A DNA stretch of 64,000 bases from Promethearchaeota archaeon (GCA_048937405.1 JBHLNF010000002.1:1-64000), one strand, 5' to 3'; numbered from the stretch's first letter, positions 29,365 through 39,774 are shown. Numbers and translations: made by a program. The notes: generated by a model not told the origin, from the letters alone.

Positions 29365-29892
29365 TTACTTTCTCATTTTCTTATAGCAAGGAATACAAAT
29401 TTCAGAATTATTATATAGCATGATACGAGAACTCATAGTGGATTCTCCACATATTTGACACGGTACAGAATCTTCAATCAAAGCTAAGTCTGGGGGATTA
29501 AAGTCAACTTCTTCTATATTGAATATCTTTTCTGGCTTGGAGCTTAATAAAGATTGAACTCTCTGGTCTCTTGTTAATTTTCTATCACCAAAACTGTTCT
29601 TTTTGAGAGATAGTCTTACACCTTTCTCTGTTCTTCTATCATAAAATGTATAATTAATTTTACCATAATCTTGATGAATAAGATTTCCTTTTCCATAGGT
29701 TGTTCCTAATATTGATTGAAGAGCATCAACACTACAATTATCATTTTCAACAACAGCTACTAATTCTTCATTAGGAGAATAATTATATCCATGCTCTAAG
29801 ATATATTTAGCAATTAGCACACCGATTGCTAAACCTGGACAGATATGTCCATGGAATCTTACTGCTTTTTCCATTAACTCTTTAGCTTCCAT
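29365..29892 (-). CDS. FmdE-family protein with C-terminal zinc finger
   Basis: FHGHICPGL, ENDNCSVDALQ, GTT.GKGNL, CQICGE...CIPC. Confidence 0.9.
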   Translation of the reverse strand: MEAKELMEKAVRFHGHICPGLAIGVLIAKYILEHGYNYSPNEELVAVVENDNCSVDALQSILGTTYGKGNLIHQDYGKINYTFYDRRTEKGVRLSLKKNSFGDRKLTRDQRVQSLLSSKPEKIFNIEEVDFNPPDLALIEDSVPCQICGESTMSSRIMLYNNSEICIPCYKKMRK

Positions 29893-30052
29893 TTTAATTT
29901 GAATTTTTTTTTTTTTGAATATTTTTCAATTATATTATAATCTTACTGTCGTTAAATATACTTTTATGAATGCTAAATTCTTTTTTAAAATAAAAAATTA
30001 TATTTCAGAGATATAAAATATAAAAAAATCAAAAAAGTTTAAGTTATTCAAT

Positions 30053-30547
30053 GTGAAATTCTTAGTTGATGCAATGTTAGGAAAATTAGTACGTTTCCTA
30101 CGAATGTTTGGATTTGATACAGTATATGCAAATGATTTAATAGAATATTTTAATATAAATCCTGTTCCTGATGAAAAATTAGTAGATTACGCAAATAAAA
30201 ACAACAGGATTATTATTACAAAAGATTATCCCTTATATAACCAAAATAAGGATAAAATTATTTTCTTAAGGGGAGAGGGAATATACAATTATCTTAATTT
30301 CCTTAATAAGAAAATTGGTTTGAAGTTCAAATTCGATATAAAAAAAGCACGCTGTTCAGTCTGTAATTCACAGTTAAATAGAGTTATGTCTAAATCTTCA
30401 ATAAAAGATTACGTATTGCATGATACATATAAGAATTACAATGAATTCTATCAATGTTCTAATCTCCAATGCAAAAAAGTATATTGGCAAGGCTCCCATA
30501 TTGAAGATATCGAAGAAAAACTGGACAAATTTTTAGAAAATGATTGA
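30053..30547 (+). CDS. Mut7-C (PIN-like) RNase domain protein
   Basis: FLVDAMLGKL.R.LRM.G.DT, ITKD, RCSVCN, C..C.KVYW.GSH. Confidence 0.9.
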   Translation: MKFLVDAMLGKLVRFLRMFGFDTVYANDLIEYFNINPVPDEKLVDYANKNNRIIITKDYPLYNQNKDKIIFLRGEGIYNYLNFLNKKIGLKFKFDIKKARCSVCNSQLNRVMSKSSIKDYVLHDTYKNYNEFYQCSNLQCKKVYWQGSHIEDIEEKLDKFLEND

Positions 30548-30552
30548 AATTT

Positions 30553-30780
30553 TCATTTCTGAAAATATTTTTCTTTAATTTCTAAGAATCTCTGCTTTGT
30601 TTTTTCGGCGAGGTCTGAATAATTCCCTTTCATATACATTCCATAAGCCTGATTTAATAATTCAAGACATTTTCGATATTCTACATTCTTAAAATGATTT
30701 TCTGAAAGGGAAACCAAATAATCTCCTTTTTTCTTATAAAATTCGATAAATTGGTCGGATGTATCAATTTTTTTATCCAT
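30553..30780 (-). CDS. Small helical hypothetical protein (TPR/MIT-like)
   Basis: 75 aa amphipathic helices (YRKCLELLNQAY). Confidence 0.6.
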   Translation of the reverse strand: MDKKIDTSDQFIEFYKKKGDYLVSLSENHFKNVEYRKCLELLNQAYGMYMKGNYSDLAEKTKQRFLEIKEKYFQK

Positions 30781-30864
30781 TCTAATTAAACTATCTAAAT
30801 TTTGGTTTTAATTATAAGATATTTTGTGTTAGTAATTATAATAAATTATCTATATAATTATTTT

Positions 30865-31020
30865 TGAACTACCATACTCTAAAGGGTATGGATTCGTAGT
30901 CCCTATGATTCAATGAGAATCGTAGACACTAAAGGATAGTTCTCTACCCTTACATCATCAATATGATGATCATGATAATATTTCTTAAGAATATTAATAC
31001 CCCCTACTACATCTCTATCT
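30865..31020 (-). ncRNA. Predicted omegaRNA (reRNA) scaffold of tnpB; boundaries approximate
   Basis: Hairpins AAGGGTAG-AGAA-CTATCCTT, GATTC-TCATT-GAATC and the right-end hairpin overlap the tnpB 3' end, as known for TnpB. Confidence 0.55.
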
Positions 31021-32156
31021 TGCTCATACCCACAATGAGGACACTTAAACATTCTATCATTCGGACGGACCTTCTTATTACATATGGGGCAAATAGAAGA
31101 TGTATAGGCTTCATCGATTTCCACAAGTTCAATTCCAAACTCCTCACATTTATTTTGTAGCTTTTCTTTAAAAAGATCAACTGACCAGAAGTTTTGAATC
31201 ATCTCATTGATCTTTTTCTTATTTTTATAATAGGAGGGAATCTGAAAATCTCTAATACCCTTTAATTCTCCGATTACAATCACAGAGACCTGATATTGGT
31301 TCAATTTCCGAAATAAATGTGCTAAAATATTATTAAGATAGTTATGTAGCTTTCGTCTTCTTTTAAGATATAATCTCCTAATTCTATGAGTAGTGTATTT
31401 GTTATTCTCTTTTTTAGCTCTTGCTTGATAATAGGCTATTCTTCTTGAAAGAATGAGATATTCTTGAAATATATGCTCTGATTCATAGATAAAAGATAGA
31501 TCTTCAGAATTTTTAATGTAGGTGGTAAGATATCGCTTAATTCCCAAATCAATAGAACAAATATTCTCTTCTTTAAAGTCTATGGGAGGAGAAGCTACCT
31601 CTTCAGTCTGATACGCATAAAATTTTTTAATATGGGGAATATATTTAATCTCCATAGCTTTTTGCACTCCCTTCCATTTTCTTATTCCTTTATATCTTAT
31701 TTTCATAAGTCCTTTCCTTCCATATTCTTCCTTTAAGTCCTTAGAACAAGAAATATGAATATAGTCCTTATCAATATGGTAACAATCGTTTCTACAAATC
31801 AATAATTTAGGGATTGTTTGATTAGTCTTATAATTCTTAAAATAGCGAGGGATTGATAATTTATGTGCAATATTCTCAGATTTTAAAGAATTCCAAAATG
31901 ACTGCCATGAGTTATCCAATTTCTTTAAGATTTGCTGGGAATATGCGGATCCTAACGATTTATAAAGATCATTGTTCTTTAGTTCCTTACATTGAATAGA
32001 ATAAGATGAACTCTTTATATCTTTATTAAAGAATGCTTGTCGCCGTGCATAATTCCCTAAGTTCCAAACGGCACTAGATCTTACCAACATTTTGTTAAGA
32101 ATCTTCCTCTGTTGTGTGGAAGGGTTCAGTTCTAATATGTTGGTACGAAGTATCAT
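30903..32156 (-). CDS. tnpB: TnpB RNA-guided endonuclease
   Basis: RuvC SIDLG / IGEL / DRD..G.INI; zinc finger CPIC...CPHC. Confidence 0.95.
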   Translation of the reverse strand: MILRTNILELNPSTQQRKILNKMLVRSSAVWNLGNYARRQAFFNKDIKSSSYSIQCKELKNNDLYKSLGSAYSQQILKKLDNSWQSFWNSLKSENIAHKLSIPRYFKNYKTNQTIPKLLICRNDCYHIDKDYIHISCSKDLKEEYGRKGLMKIRYKGIRKWKGVQKAMEIKYIPHIKKFYAYQTEEVASPPIDFKEENICSIDLGIKRYLTTYIKNSEDLSFIYESEHIFQEYLILSRRIAYYQARAKKENNKYTTHRIRRLYLKRRRKLHNYLNNILAHLFRKLNQYQVSVIVIGELKGIRDFQIPSYYKNKKKINEMIQNFWSVDLFKEKLQNKCEEFGIELVEIDEAYTSSICPICNKKVRPNDRMFKCPHCGYEQDRDVVGGINILKKYYHDHHIDDVRVENYPLVSTILIES

Positions 32157-32537
32157 AAATAGTATATTATTTTACCTATTTTAAAAGATACACTAGAATG
32201 ATTTAATGATGTTCGCAGCAAAATTCATCCCATCCCTAAAGGGAAAGATTTTCTTCTACATTTATTTGTAAAAAAATTTTCAGGAAAGTTCTAATCTTAT
32301 ATGAAAAACTTCCACTTTAATCACAATTCCTTATATTTGAGAATGTATATCAAAAAAATTCCTGTCAAAATAAACCTTTATAACTTCTAATCTCCTTCCC
32401 CCTTACAGAGACGCAATTGGAGAATATATGTAATTTTTAATATTAATATTAAAAAATTGAAATTGAAAACTAACTTAAACTAAAATATTATGAGTCTTAT
32501 TAATTCTAATGAGTATTTAATTCATTTCATATTCATT

Positions 32538-32762
32538 TTAAATAGCCATAAGTTTTTCTCTATAATCAAAGACAATTTTGGAGATTTGTCCTAAATATTC
32601 TATTGGACTCATGGACTTCCCACATTTACTACATTTAAAATCAACCATCCCCTCAATTGAAATTAGTGTTCCATCCTCACAATATGCACATTGATCAAAA
32701 GACCATCTGTCTATAATTTTTATAATATCTTCGATAAATTTTTCTTGACTTATAGTAGTCAT
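32538..32762 (-). CDS. Small zinc-ribbon hypothetical protein
   Basis: CAYC...CSKC. Confidence 0.7.
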   Translation of the reverse strand: MTTISQEKFIEDIIKIIDRWSFDQCAYCEDGTLISIEGMVDFKCSKCGKSMSPIEYLGQISKIVFDYREKLMAI

Positions 32763-32843
32763 AATACTATTTTAGTTTGTTTAATTAGGTTTTTTTTTTA
32801 GTTTTAAAATGAATATGTTTTATAATTAAATACATGATTATTC

Positions 32844-33950
32844 TTACTTTTTAAATACTTTAGGGATAAAACTCTCTATTAACAAACGATCTAATAAGAC
32901 ATTTGCTGTCATTGCTTCTACAACCGGAACAATTCTTGGCACAATACAAGGATCATGACGACCAGAATATTCAATTTCTACGTTTTCCATAGACTTAATA
33001 TTTACTGTTTTTTGAGAAAGACCTATAGAAGCAGTAGGTTTAATTGCTACTGTAAATTCGATTGGCATCCCCGTAGAAATTCCCCCTATTATCCCTCCTG
33101 CGTCATTTTTCGTTGTCTGGACTATTGAATTCTTCACAATCCAAGGATCATTATGTTCTGAACCTTTCATTTTGGATGAATTAAAACCAGCTCCAAATTC
33201 TATTCCTTTTATTGCAGGGATCGCAAACATAGCATGACTTATATTTGATTCGATACTATTAAAAATCGGTCCTCCTTTTCCCTCTGGAAAATTCGATACT
33301 ATGCATTTTACCGTCCCTCCAATTGAATCTTTTTGATTTTTAACTCCTTTAATTAATTTCTCCATGGTTTGTGATTTATTAGAATTTATTGCCCTTACGG
33401 GAGATTTTTCTCTTAATTCTCTTAATTTATCTAATTCTTTAATTGAAGGGTTATCTTCATCAAAAACATTTCCAATACTTTTTGTATAAGCAAATATTTG
33501 AATATTATATTTTTTTAATATTTGCTTTGCTATTGCACCAGCCATAACAAATCCTGCTGTTATTCTCCCAGAAAACCTTCCTGATCCTCTATAATCAGAA
33601 AAACCGCCATATTTTTTTAAAGTCGGGTAATCTATATGGGAAGGTCGTAAGAAATTTTTATATTTTTCATACTTTGATGAATCAATATCTTTATTCTCAA
33701 TGATTAAGCAAATCGGCGCACCTGTTGTTTTATTATTGAAGATACCAGATAACGCTTTAACTTGATCTTCTTCTGTACGAGGAGTTGTTATAGATGATTG
33801 ACCTGGTTTTCTTCTGTTAAGTTCCTCTTGGATAAATTCTAGATCAAAATCTAATCCTGCAGGTACACCATCTAATATAATTCCAACTATACTTCCATGG
33901 CTTTCTCCAAATGAAGTTATCTTATAGATTGTACCAAATGAATTATCCAT
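32844..33950 (-). CDS. aroC: Chorismate synthase
   Basis: FGESHG, RPSH.D, GIEFGAGF, GRHDPC. Confidence 0.97.
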   Translation of the reverse strand: MDNSFGTIYKITSFGESHGSIVGIILDGVPAGLDFDLEFIQEELNRRKPGQSSITTPRTEEDQVKALSGIFNNKTTGAPICLIIENKDIDSSKYEKYKNFLRPSHIDYPTLKKYGGFSDYRGSGRFSGRITAGFVMAGAIAKQILKKYNIQIFAYTKSIGNVFDEDNPSIKELDKLRELREKSPVRAINSNKSQTMEKLIKGVKNQKDSIGGTVKCIVSNFPEGKGGPIFNSIESNISHAMFAIPAIKGIEFGAGFNSSKMKGSEHNDPWIVKNSIVQTTKNDAGGIIGGISTGMPIEFTVAIKPTASIGLSQKTVNIKSMENVEIEYSGRHDPCIVPRIVPVVEAMTANVLLDRLLIESFIPKVFKK

Positions 33951-34037
33951 TTATATCAAGGTCATTGAGGTTATATATACTAATATTACAAAAGTATTTA
34001 ATTAATATTATATCCATAAGTATCTTTTTATTATTTA

Positions 34038-35354
34038 ATGAATCTTAAAATAAATCCACTAACAAATAGTTTAAATGGTGAAATCATAGCACAACCATCT
34101 AAAAGTTATTCCCATAGAGCTTTTATCGCAGCTAGTCTTGCAGAGGGTATTTCTATAATCAAAAATCCTTTAACAAGTGGAGATGTTAAAATTACAATGA
34201 ATGTATTAAGATCTCTTGGTGTAAAAATCCTAGAAAAAAATGATAATATATATATTATTAAAGCTAGTAAAGATTCTTTCAAATCTTATAAAAAAGCTCT
34301 GGATTGCAAAAACTCGGGAACAACCATAAGAATATTAAGCGCATTAAGTTTATTATTTGAAGGTGGACTTACTCTAAAGGGAGAATTTTTCACACTTAAT
34401 CGACCAATTCTTCCTTTCCTCGAAGCAATCAATAGTATTGGAGCTGTTTTTAAACTGTCAAATAATAAATTGAAAATTAAAAGAAAAAAAGCAATGTGTA
34501 ATAAAATTAAAATTCCTGGTGATGTAAGTTCACAATTTATCAGTGCTTTGTTATTTTTGTGTCCTAAATTAAAATGCGTTAATACAGACTATATAGAAAT
34601 CGAAATTACAACACCATTAGTCTCTAAGCCTTTTATTTATATAACTTTAGATGTTTTGGAAGCATTTGGAATTAATATCCAGTCTAATTTTGAAATTGGT
34701 AGATTCATTATAACAAATGATCAAACTTATCGCTCTCAATCATATTCGATACCAGGTGACTTTTCTTCCGCAGCATTTATTTTAGCATTAGGAGTGCTAT
34801 CTAAAAAACCTTCTTCTATAATTATCAACAATTTAAGTATACACAATTCCCAAGGAGATAAAAAAATTATTGAAATTTTACAAAAGATGGGAGCTAATAT
34901 AAAAATTGAAGAAGAGGGAGATCGAGTTTTAATATCTGGAGACATAAATAAATATTCTCTCGAAGGAATTGAAATTGATTGCAAAGATGTACCTGATTTA
35001 TTTCCAATATTAGCAGTTATTGGAGCTTTTGCAGAAGGAAAAACTATACTTTTCAATGCTTCTCACTTACGCTTAAAAGAAAGTGACAGAATTTCTGTTA
35101 TGACTCGAGAATTAAAAAAGATGGGCGTGAAAGTTATTGAAGAAGATGATAGACTGACTATATTTCATTGTGATAAGCTGAAAGGGATAAAAATAGATCA
35201 TAATAATGATCATAGAATTGCTATGGCCTGTAGCGTAGCAGCTCTATTTGCAGAATCAGAGTCACAAATTTACAATAGTGAAATTGTTCAAGATTCATAT
35301 CCCTCTTTTTTTGAGGATCTAATAAAGTTAGGTGTTCAGATAGAATCTTTTTAA
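34038..35354 (+). CDS. aroA: EPSP synthase
   Basis: SKSYSHRA, NSGTT.R, SSQFISA, PGDFSSAAF, LRLKESDR, DHRIAMA. Confidence 0.97.
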   Translation: MNLKINPLTNSLNGEIIAQPSKSYSHRAFIAASLAEGISIIKNPLTSGDVKITMNVLRSLGVKILEKNDNIYIIKASKDSFKSYKKALDCKNSGTTIRILSALSLLFEGGLTLKGEFFTLNRPILPFLEAINSIGAVFKLSNNKLKIKRKKAMCNKIKIPGDVSSQFISALLFLCPKLKCVNTDYIEIEITTPLVSKPFIYITLDVLEAFGINIQSNFEIGRFIITNDQTYRSQSYSIPGDFSSAAFILALGVLSKKPSSIIINNLSIHNSQGDKKIIEILQKMGANIKIEEEGDRVLISGDINKYSLEGIEIDCKDVPDLFPILAVIGAFAEGKTILFNASHLRLKESDRISVMTRELKKMGVKVIEEDDRLTIFHCDKLKGIKIDHNNDHRIAMACSVAALFAESESQIYNSEIVQDSYPSFFEDLIKLGVQIESF

Positions 35355-35366
35355 TATCTTAATTAA

Positions 35367-35777
35367 CTATCTGAATGACTTTTGACGCCGAGATCTTGCT
35401 TTCTTCCCGCCAAATTTCTTAGGCTCTGTGCGTCTTGAATCACCACTTAGAAGAGAATCATCATATTCTCTAAAACTTCTTTCAATAGTCTTTGTTCCGA
35501 TAAATTTATTTATGGATTTTGCAATAGCCATACGGACAGCATCAGTTCTACCCATTATACCACCACCTTTGACCCTTACATTGATATCACATTTCTCAAT
35601 TTTTGGATGATTGATTATCTCAAGTACTTCTTGAATCCTTAATCGAGCAATTTCAGGTTCATATAATTTTAGAGGTATATTATTAATTTTTATTTGGCCT
35701 TTAGCTGGATGTCTCAATACAGCCCTCGCAATTGCGGTTTTTCTTTTTCCTGAAGCTTGAATTATTTTTATTGACAT
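35367..35777 (-). CDS. rps9: 30S ribosomal protein S9 (uS9)
   Basis: GKRKTAIARA, GGG, D.RR.EPKKFGG..AR...QKSFR. Confidence 0.98.
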   Translation of the reverse strand: MSIKIIQASGKRKTAIARAVLRHPAKGQIKINNIPLKLYEPEIARLRIQEVLEIINHPKIEKCDINVRVKGGGIMGRTDAVRMAIAKSINKFIGTKTIERSFREYDDSLLSGDSRRTEPKKFGGKKARSRRQKSFR

Positions 35778-35779
35778 TA

Positions 35780-36271
35780 CTATGCCTCAATCTCCGTTTT
35801 TTTCCAACCTATGCGTTGGCATAAATTTTCTAAGGTAATAAACTTGTTATAATATGAAAGTCGTTTTTTACCTACATTAATTATATCATTTGGGTTTAGA
35901 ATTTGATACTTATTTTTAAATCGTTCTGGGATATTAGATATATAGATTTGCACTCTTTTAATTGCTTCCTTACCACGTAATTTCTTTCGTGGTAACATTT
36001 GTTTCACTACTCTTCTCATAAAAGTATCTGGTCTCCTTTCATGAAATGGCCCTCTTCGGGGATTAGTTGCAGTTGAAATTTTTAACCTTGCCAAGTACTT
36101 TTCATGAATATTTTTTTTCGATCCACTAATAATTGCATTTTTCGCATTAATTATTACAATGTTTTCACCTAATAATGCTTTCTTAGCAATTATAGAGCAA
36201 AATCTTCCTAAAATTTGATCAGTTGCATCATATAACTGATATTCAATAACCATATAAAGTTCACTACTCAT
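35780..36271 (-). CDS. rpl13: 50S ribosomal protein L13 (uL13)
   Basis: DA...ILGR, NPRRGPFH.RRPD, MLP.K..RG. Confidence 0.96.
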   Translation of the reverse strand: MSSELYMVIEYQLYDATDQILGRFCSIIAKKALLGENIVIINAKNAIISGSKKNIHEKYLARLKISTATNPRRGPFHERRPDTFMRRVVKQMLPRKKLRGKEAIKRVQIYISNIPERFKNKYQILNPNDIINVGKKRLSYYNKFITLENLCQRIGWKKTEIEA

Positions 36272-36286
36272 AAGAATATAATAATT

Positions 36287-36643
36287 TTAATAAAAAACCT
36301 TTACCCCACTACCCTTAGGGTTCTGTTCTAATAATTCTTCAATTGTTAATAGTTTACTACCTGATGTTTCAATTTTCTTTTTAGCAGATTTTGAATAATC
36401 TAAGCATGCAATTGTTAGAGCATGATCCAATTCTCCCATTCCTAAAACCTTTCCGGGAATAACAATTACATCATGTTTTTTTGTCTTTTTGTTAATACGA
36501 TATAAATTAGCCTTAACTCTATTTCTTCTTGGTCCACTTAATTTTTTTGAAACTTTTTTCCAAATTCTTATCTTTGTCTTCCATAAGTTTCTTATCAATT
36601 TTCTGATATAATAGTTATTTGGACCAGTAATTTTATGAGACAT
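36287..36643 (-). CDS. rpl18e: 50S ribosomal protein L18e
   Basis: PRRNR..ANL.RI, VIPGKVLG.G, NPKGS. Confidence 0.96.
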   Translation of the reverse strand: MSHKITGPNNYYIRKLIRNLWKTKIRIWKKVSKKLSGPRRNRVKANLYRINKKTKKHDVIVIPGKVLGMGELDHALTIACLDYSKSAKKKIETSGSKLLTIEELLEQNPKGSGVKVFY

Positions 36644-36706
36644 GACTTATAACCACCAGTGAACTGATATCTGAAATTTATAATATTTTAATAATTTTTT
36701 GATAAT

Positions 36707-37549
36707 TCATGATTCTATCTCAATTTCTTCTAGATTTTCAATGAATTCCTCTATTTTCTCTAAGAAAATTTCAAATGTTTTCTTTATAATAACATCAAAA
36801 GGTAGAACTCCATCACTTTCAATTAAGAAGAGATAAGCATTTTCTTTCCATTCTACTTTTATAGCCTTCTCCAGACAACTATTCTCGCATGAATTACATA
36901 GTGTACATGTTTTCCAATAATCTTCTATTAAAACTGGAGTTTTTTTATTCGAAAAATCATATAATTGTTCAGGACACATTCGTGATACTAAACACTTATC
37001 TGGACATTTAGCACATTTAGTACTATCAAATTCAATTTGTGGATAAAATCTATAGAAAATATTTGAAACTGCTTGATGTTTTACGTGATCCTTTCCTAAA
37101 CCTAATGCAGCGTAAGCTTCAATTATCACTTTATCATTCTTATCAATTTTAACTAATGGAATATTAGGATTAACAGGAACTATTTTTGGATCATTAGAAT
37201 TCAAATTAGCAGAATAAATCTCCATCGGGGTATTTGATGTATTAGTTACTTCACATGTTAGAGAAACTTGGCAGAGTGGACATCCGTAACCTCCACATTC
37301 ACAATCTCGGGGAAGCTTATAAACATCTAAATCAGTTTTTAAAGGGATTAAACCCAGACGATGAGCAATAATTTCATCATACAATGGGCTATCGTTTTTA
37401 AGAATAATAACCTCATCTACAGCCATAACAGGGATTTCAGAAATAATAATTCTACGAATTGCATTTGCCATTTCAATAGATATACCTTCTACCACAAAAA
37501 CAAGTTTTCTATCGTTTTTTTCAAGAACTTCGAGACTCATAACTTTCAA
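36707..37549 (-). CDS. rpoD: RNA polymerase subunit D (Rpo3) with ferredoxin-like insert
   Basis: ANAIRR, NDS.LYDE.IAHRLGLIP, G.GK.H.K; Cys-rich insert CAKC...CP...CTLCNSC...C. Confidence 0.96.
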   Translation of the reverse strand: MKVMSLEVLEKNDRKLVFVVEGISIEMANAIRRIIISEIPVMAVDEVIILKNDSPLYDEIIAHRLGLIPLKTDLDVYKLPRDCECGGYGCPLCQVSLTCEVTNTSNTPMEIYSANLNSNDPKIVPVNPNIPLVKIDKNDKVIIEAYAALGLGKDHVKHQAVSNIFYRFYPQIEFDSTKCAKCPDKCLVSRMCPEQLYDFSNKKTPVLIEDYWKTCTLCNSCENSCLEKAIKVEWKENAYLFLIESDGVLPFDVIIKKTFEIFLEKIEEFIENLEEIEIES

Positions 37550-37630
37550 TAATTCAAATTATAATATGTTTAAAATGAATTGTATAAGATAAGTTTTATT
37601 ATTGTTAATAAAAAATAGGAGGAAATGCTA

Positions 37631-38959
37631 TTAATAAAACTTCAAATATTCATAAGCTTTATTTTCAGATTGAAAACAGAATTTAATTTCTTGAAAACCT
37701 TTTCTAAACTCTGCTACTTCATTTTTTACTTTTATTGGTTCTTTTCTGTCTATGATCAACTTTTTGAAGAACTCTGCAATATCTATCATTTCTTGTTTAC
37801 CCATTCCCAATCGAGTAATTTCAGAGGTTCCTATTCTCAAACCTCCCGGATTTTGATAATGCCTGCCCTGCGCAATATCATAAGGCAAAAGATTACGATT
37901 TAAAATAATGTTTGCTTTTTCTAATAACTTCTCAATATCCCCACCTAAACCTATAGTTTTCTCAAAATCAGTAATATCGACTACTATTTGATGAGATTCT
38001 GTGAAACCTTTATGTTCCATTAAAACATTAAACCCTAGATCATGCAAAGCTTGTCCAAGTGCTTTTGCATTTTCAATCACTTTTTTATGGTATTCTCTTC
38101 CAAATTCTAACATTTCTGCTAAAGCTACTGCTAATCCCGCCACTGCTGCTAAGTGGTGGTTAGATAATAAGGCAGGAAAAGCACATGATCTCAACTTTTC
38201 AATTAAATCTTCTCTATTTGAGATTACAGTACCATGTTGAGGGCCTGGAAGAGTTTTATGGGTACTCATAGTCATAACATCCGCACCTTCTCTCAAAGGA
38301 TCTTGGAAGTATCCGGATCCAATTAAACCAGCTACATGTGCTCCATCATACCCAACATTTGCACCAACTTCTTTTGCTACGTCACTAAGTTCCTTTACTG
38401 GGTGTGGAAATAAAAATACTGAACCACCAAATAGAACTAATTCTGGCTCAAATTCTCTAATAATTTTAGCAGATGCGTCAATATCAAGATTCATTTCATC
38501 ATTATCAAATGCTAAATACTCCACATTTATTCCTCTTGTTGTTCCAGCTGTTCCAAAAATTTCATTTCCACTTTTAGCAAAACGAGGACCATGTGAAATA
38601 TGACCTCCCCGAACAATAGCCATACAACACATCTTACCATTATTATCTGAAGTAAATGCATTATACATAACTAAATTCGCTACAACTCCCGATACTGGTC
38701 TAACATCAGCATGAATACACCTAAAATATTCTTTTGTGAGATCCATACAAATATCTTCAATTTGGTCTATATATTTGCATCCCGCATAAACTCTTTGTCC
38801 GCTCCATCCTTCTGCATATCGATGCGAAAAATCACTAGTACATGCTTCATCAACAGCAGGACTAGTGATGTTTTCAGAAGCAATTAGAGGTATGCATTTT
38901 TGGAATAAACCATGATGTTCCATTAGAAGATTTCTAATCTCTTCAAGTTTCTCTCTCAA
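37631..38959 (-). CDS. glyA: Serine hydroxymethyltransferase
   Basis: LIASEN, RYAEG, GGHISH, STHKTLPGPQ, GLRIGT. Confidence 0.97.
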   Translation of the reverse strand: MREKLEEIRNLLMEHHGLFQKCIPLIASENITSPAVDEACTSDFSHRYAEGWSGQRVYAGCKYIDQIEDICMDLTKEYFRCIHADVRPVSGVVANLVMYNAFTSDNNGKMCCMAIVRGGHISHGPRFAKSGNEIFGTAGTTRGINVEYLAFDNDEMNLDIDASAKIIREFEPELVLFGGSVFLFPHPVKELSDVAKEVGANVGYDGAHVAGLIGSGYFQDPLREGADVMTMSTHKTLPGPQHGTVISNREDLIEKLRSCAFPALLSNHHLAAVAGLAVALAEMLEFGREYHKKVIENAKALGQALHDLGFNVLMEHKGFTESHQIVVDITDFEKTIGLGGDIEKLLEKANIILNRNLLPYDIAQGRHYQNPGGLRIGTSEITRLGMGKQEMIDIAEFFKKLIIDRKEPIKVKNEVAEFRKGFQEIKFCFQSENKAYEYLKFY

Positions 38960-39165
38960 TTTTCATCATATCTTTTTATTCTAATTTAAAGAACAATAAA
39001 AAAATAAAAATAACAATTTTTTTAAATCTTATGTGAAAAAAATAAATCTCTAAAAGATAAATAGAATCTTCTTTTAGTATTTTTTATAGTACTAATATCT
39101 CTTTTAATATTTTAAAAATATATTTCAAAATCAATTTAAATTAATAAATATCACTATTAAAAAGG

Positions 39166-39675
39166 CTATTTTATATCGTTTAGAATGGATTTAATGAATT
39201 CTTTAGGCATTAGTGATTTTTGAGCAATTTCTTCAATAGTATTTCCTTCGACATGAAGTCTAACTACAACCTTTGACATAGATTCAGCAATTTCAATTAT
39301 ATGATCATCTGGGTCATAAATTCTAAACGCTCTCTGACCCCACGGATGTTCTATAATAGGATGTATAATTTGAATTTCCTGTTTTTTTAATTCTTCGAAA
39401 ATTATCTCAATTTCAGCACATTCAAAGTATAACTCAGAGTGATTCACCCCAACTTTAATGTTTTTCGCATCCTCAGAAAATATTGTATTCAACGCATAGT
39501 TTTTTTCCCAAATAGCGAAACCACCCTCAAAACCTACATTTCGGCCAAAATCCATTGTAATTTTTTGACCAAGAATTTTATTATAAAAGTATTTTGAACT
39601 CTTAATATCATTCACAAAAAATACAGAACTTTCAAATTTTAAAATTGGTTTTTTATTTTTAACTTGTGTTGACAT
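39166..39675 (-). CDS. VOC/glyoxalase family protein
   Basis: S..FY..ILG, HPWGQRAFRIYDPD.HIIEI. Confidence 0.9.
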   Translation of the reverse strand: MSTQVKNKKPILKFESSVFFVNDIKSSKYFYNKILGQKITMDFGRNVGFEGGFAIWEKNYALNTIFSEDAKNIKVGVNHSELYFECAEIEIIFEELKKQEIQIIHPIIEHPWGQRAFRIYDPDDHIIEIAESMSKVVVRLHVEGNTIEEIAQKSLMPKEFIKSILNDIK

Positions 39676-39774
39676 TTTCCCAATATGAATATAGTTTTAA
39701 TACATACTATATTTTGTATGGATAAAAAATATTAATACAGTAACTAATTTCTAGATTTTTATTTATGCGAAAAT

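Larger units (their letters stand above)
30865..32256 (-). mobile_element. IS200/IS605-family (IS1341-type, tnpB-only) element
   Basis: Minus strand: left end GAAGAAAATCTTTCCCTTTAGGGATGGGATGAATT; right end GAATCCATACCCTTTAGAGTATGGTAGTTCA. Both are CTTTAG-centred subterminal hairpins; no tnpA. Exact left boundary approximate. Confidence 0.8.

Noticed and set aside
32260-32537. Slightly GC-richer patch (TCTCC...GGAGA) beside the IS left end, considered as tRNA/ncRNA or tnpA remnant
   Set aside because: No cloverleaf, no HUH/Y1 motif in the frames read, and the stem is too short.
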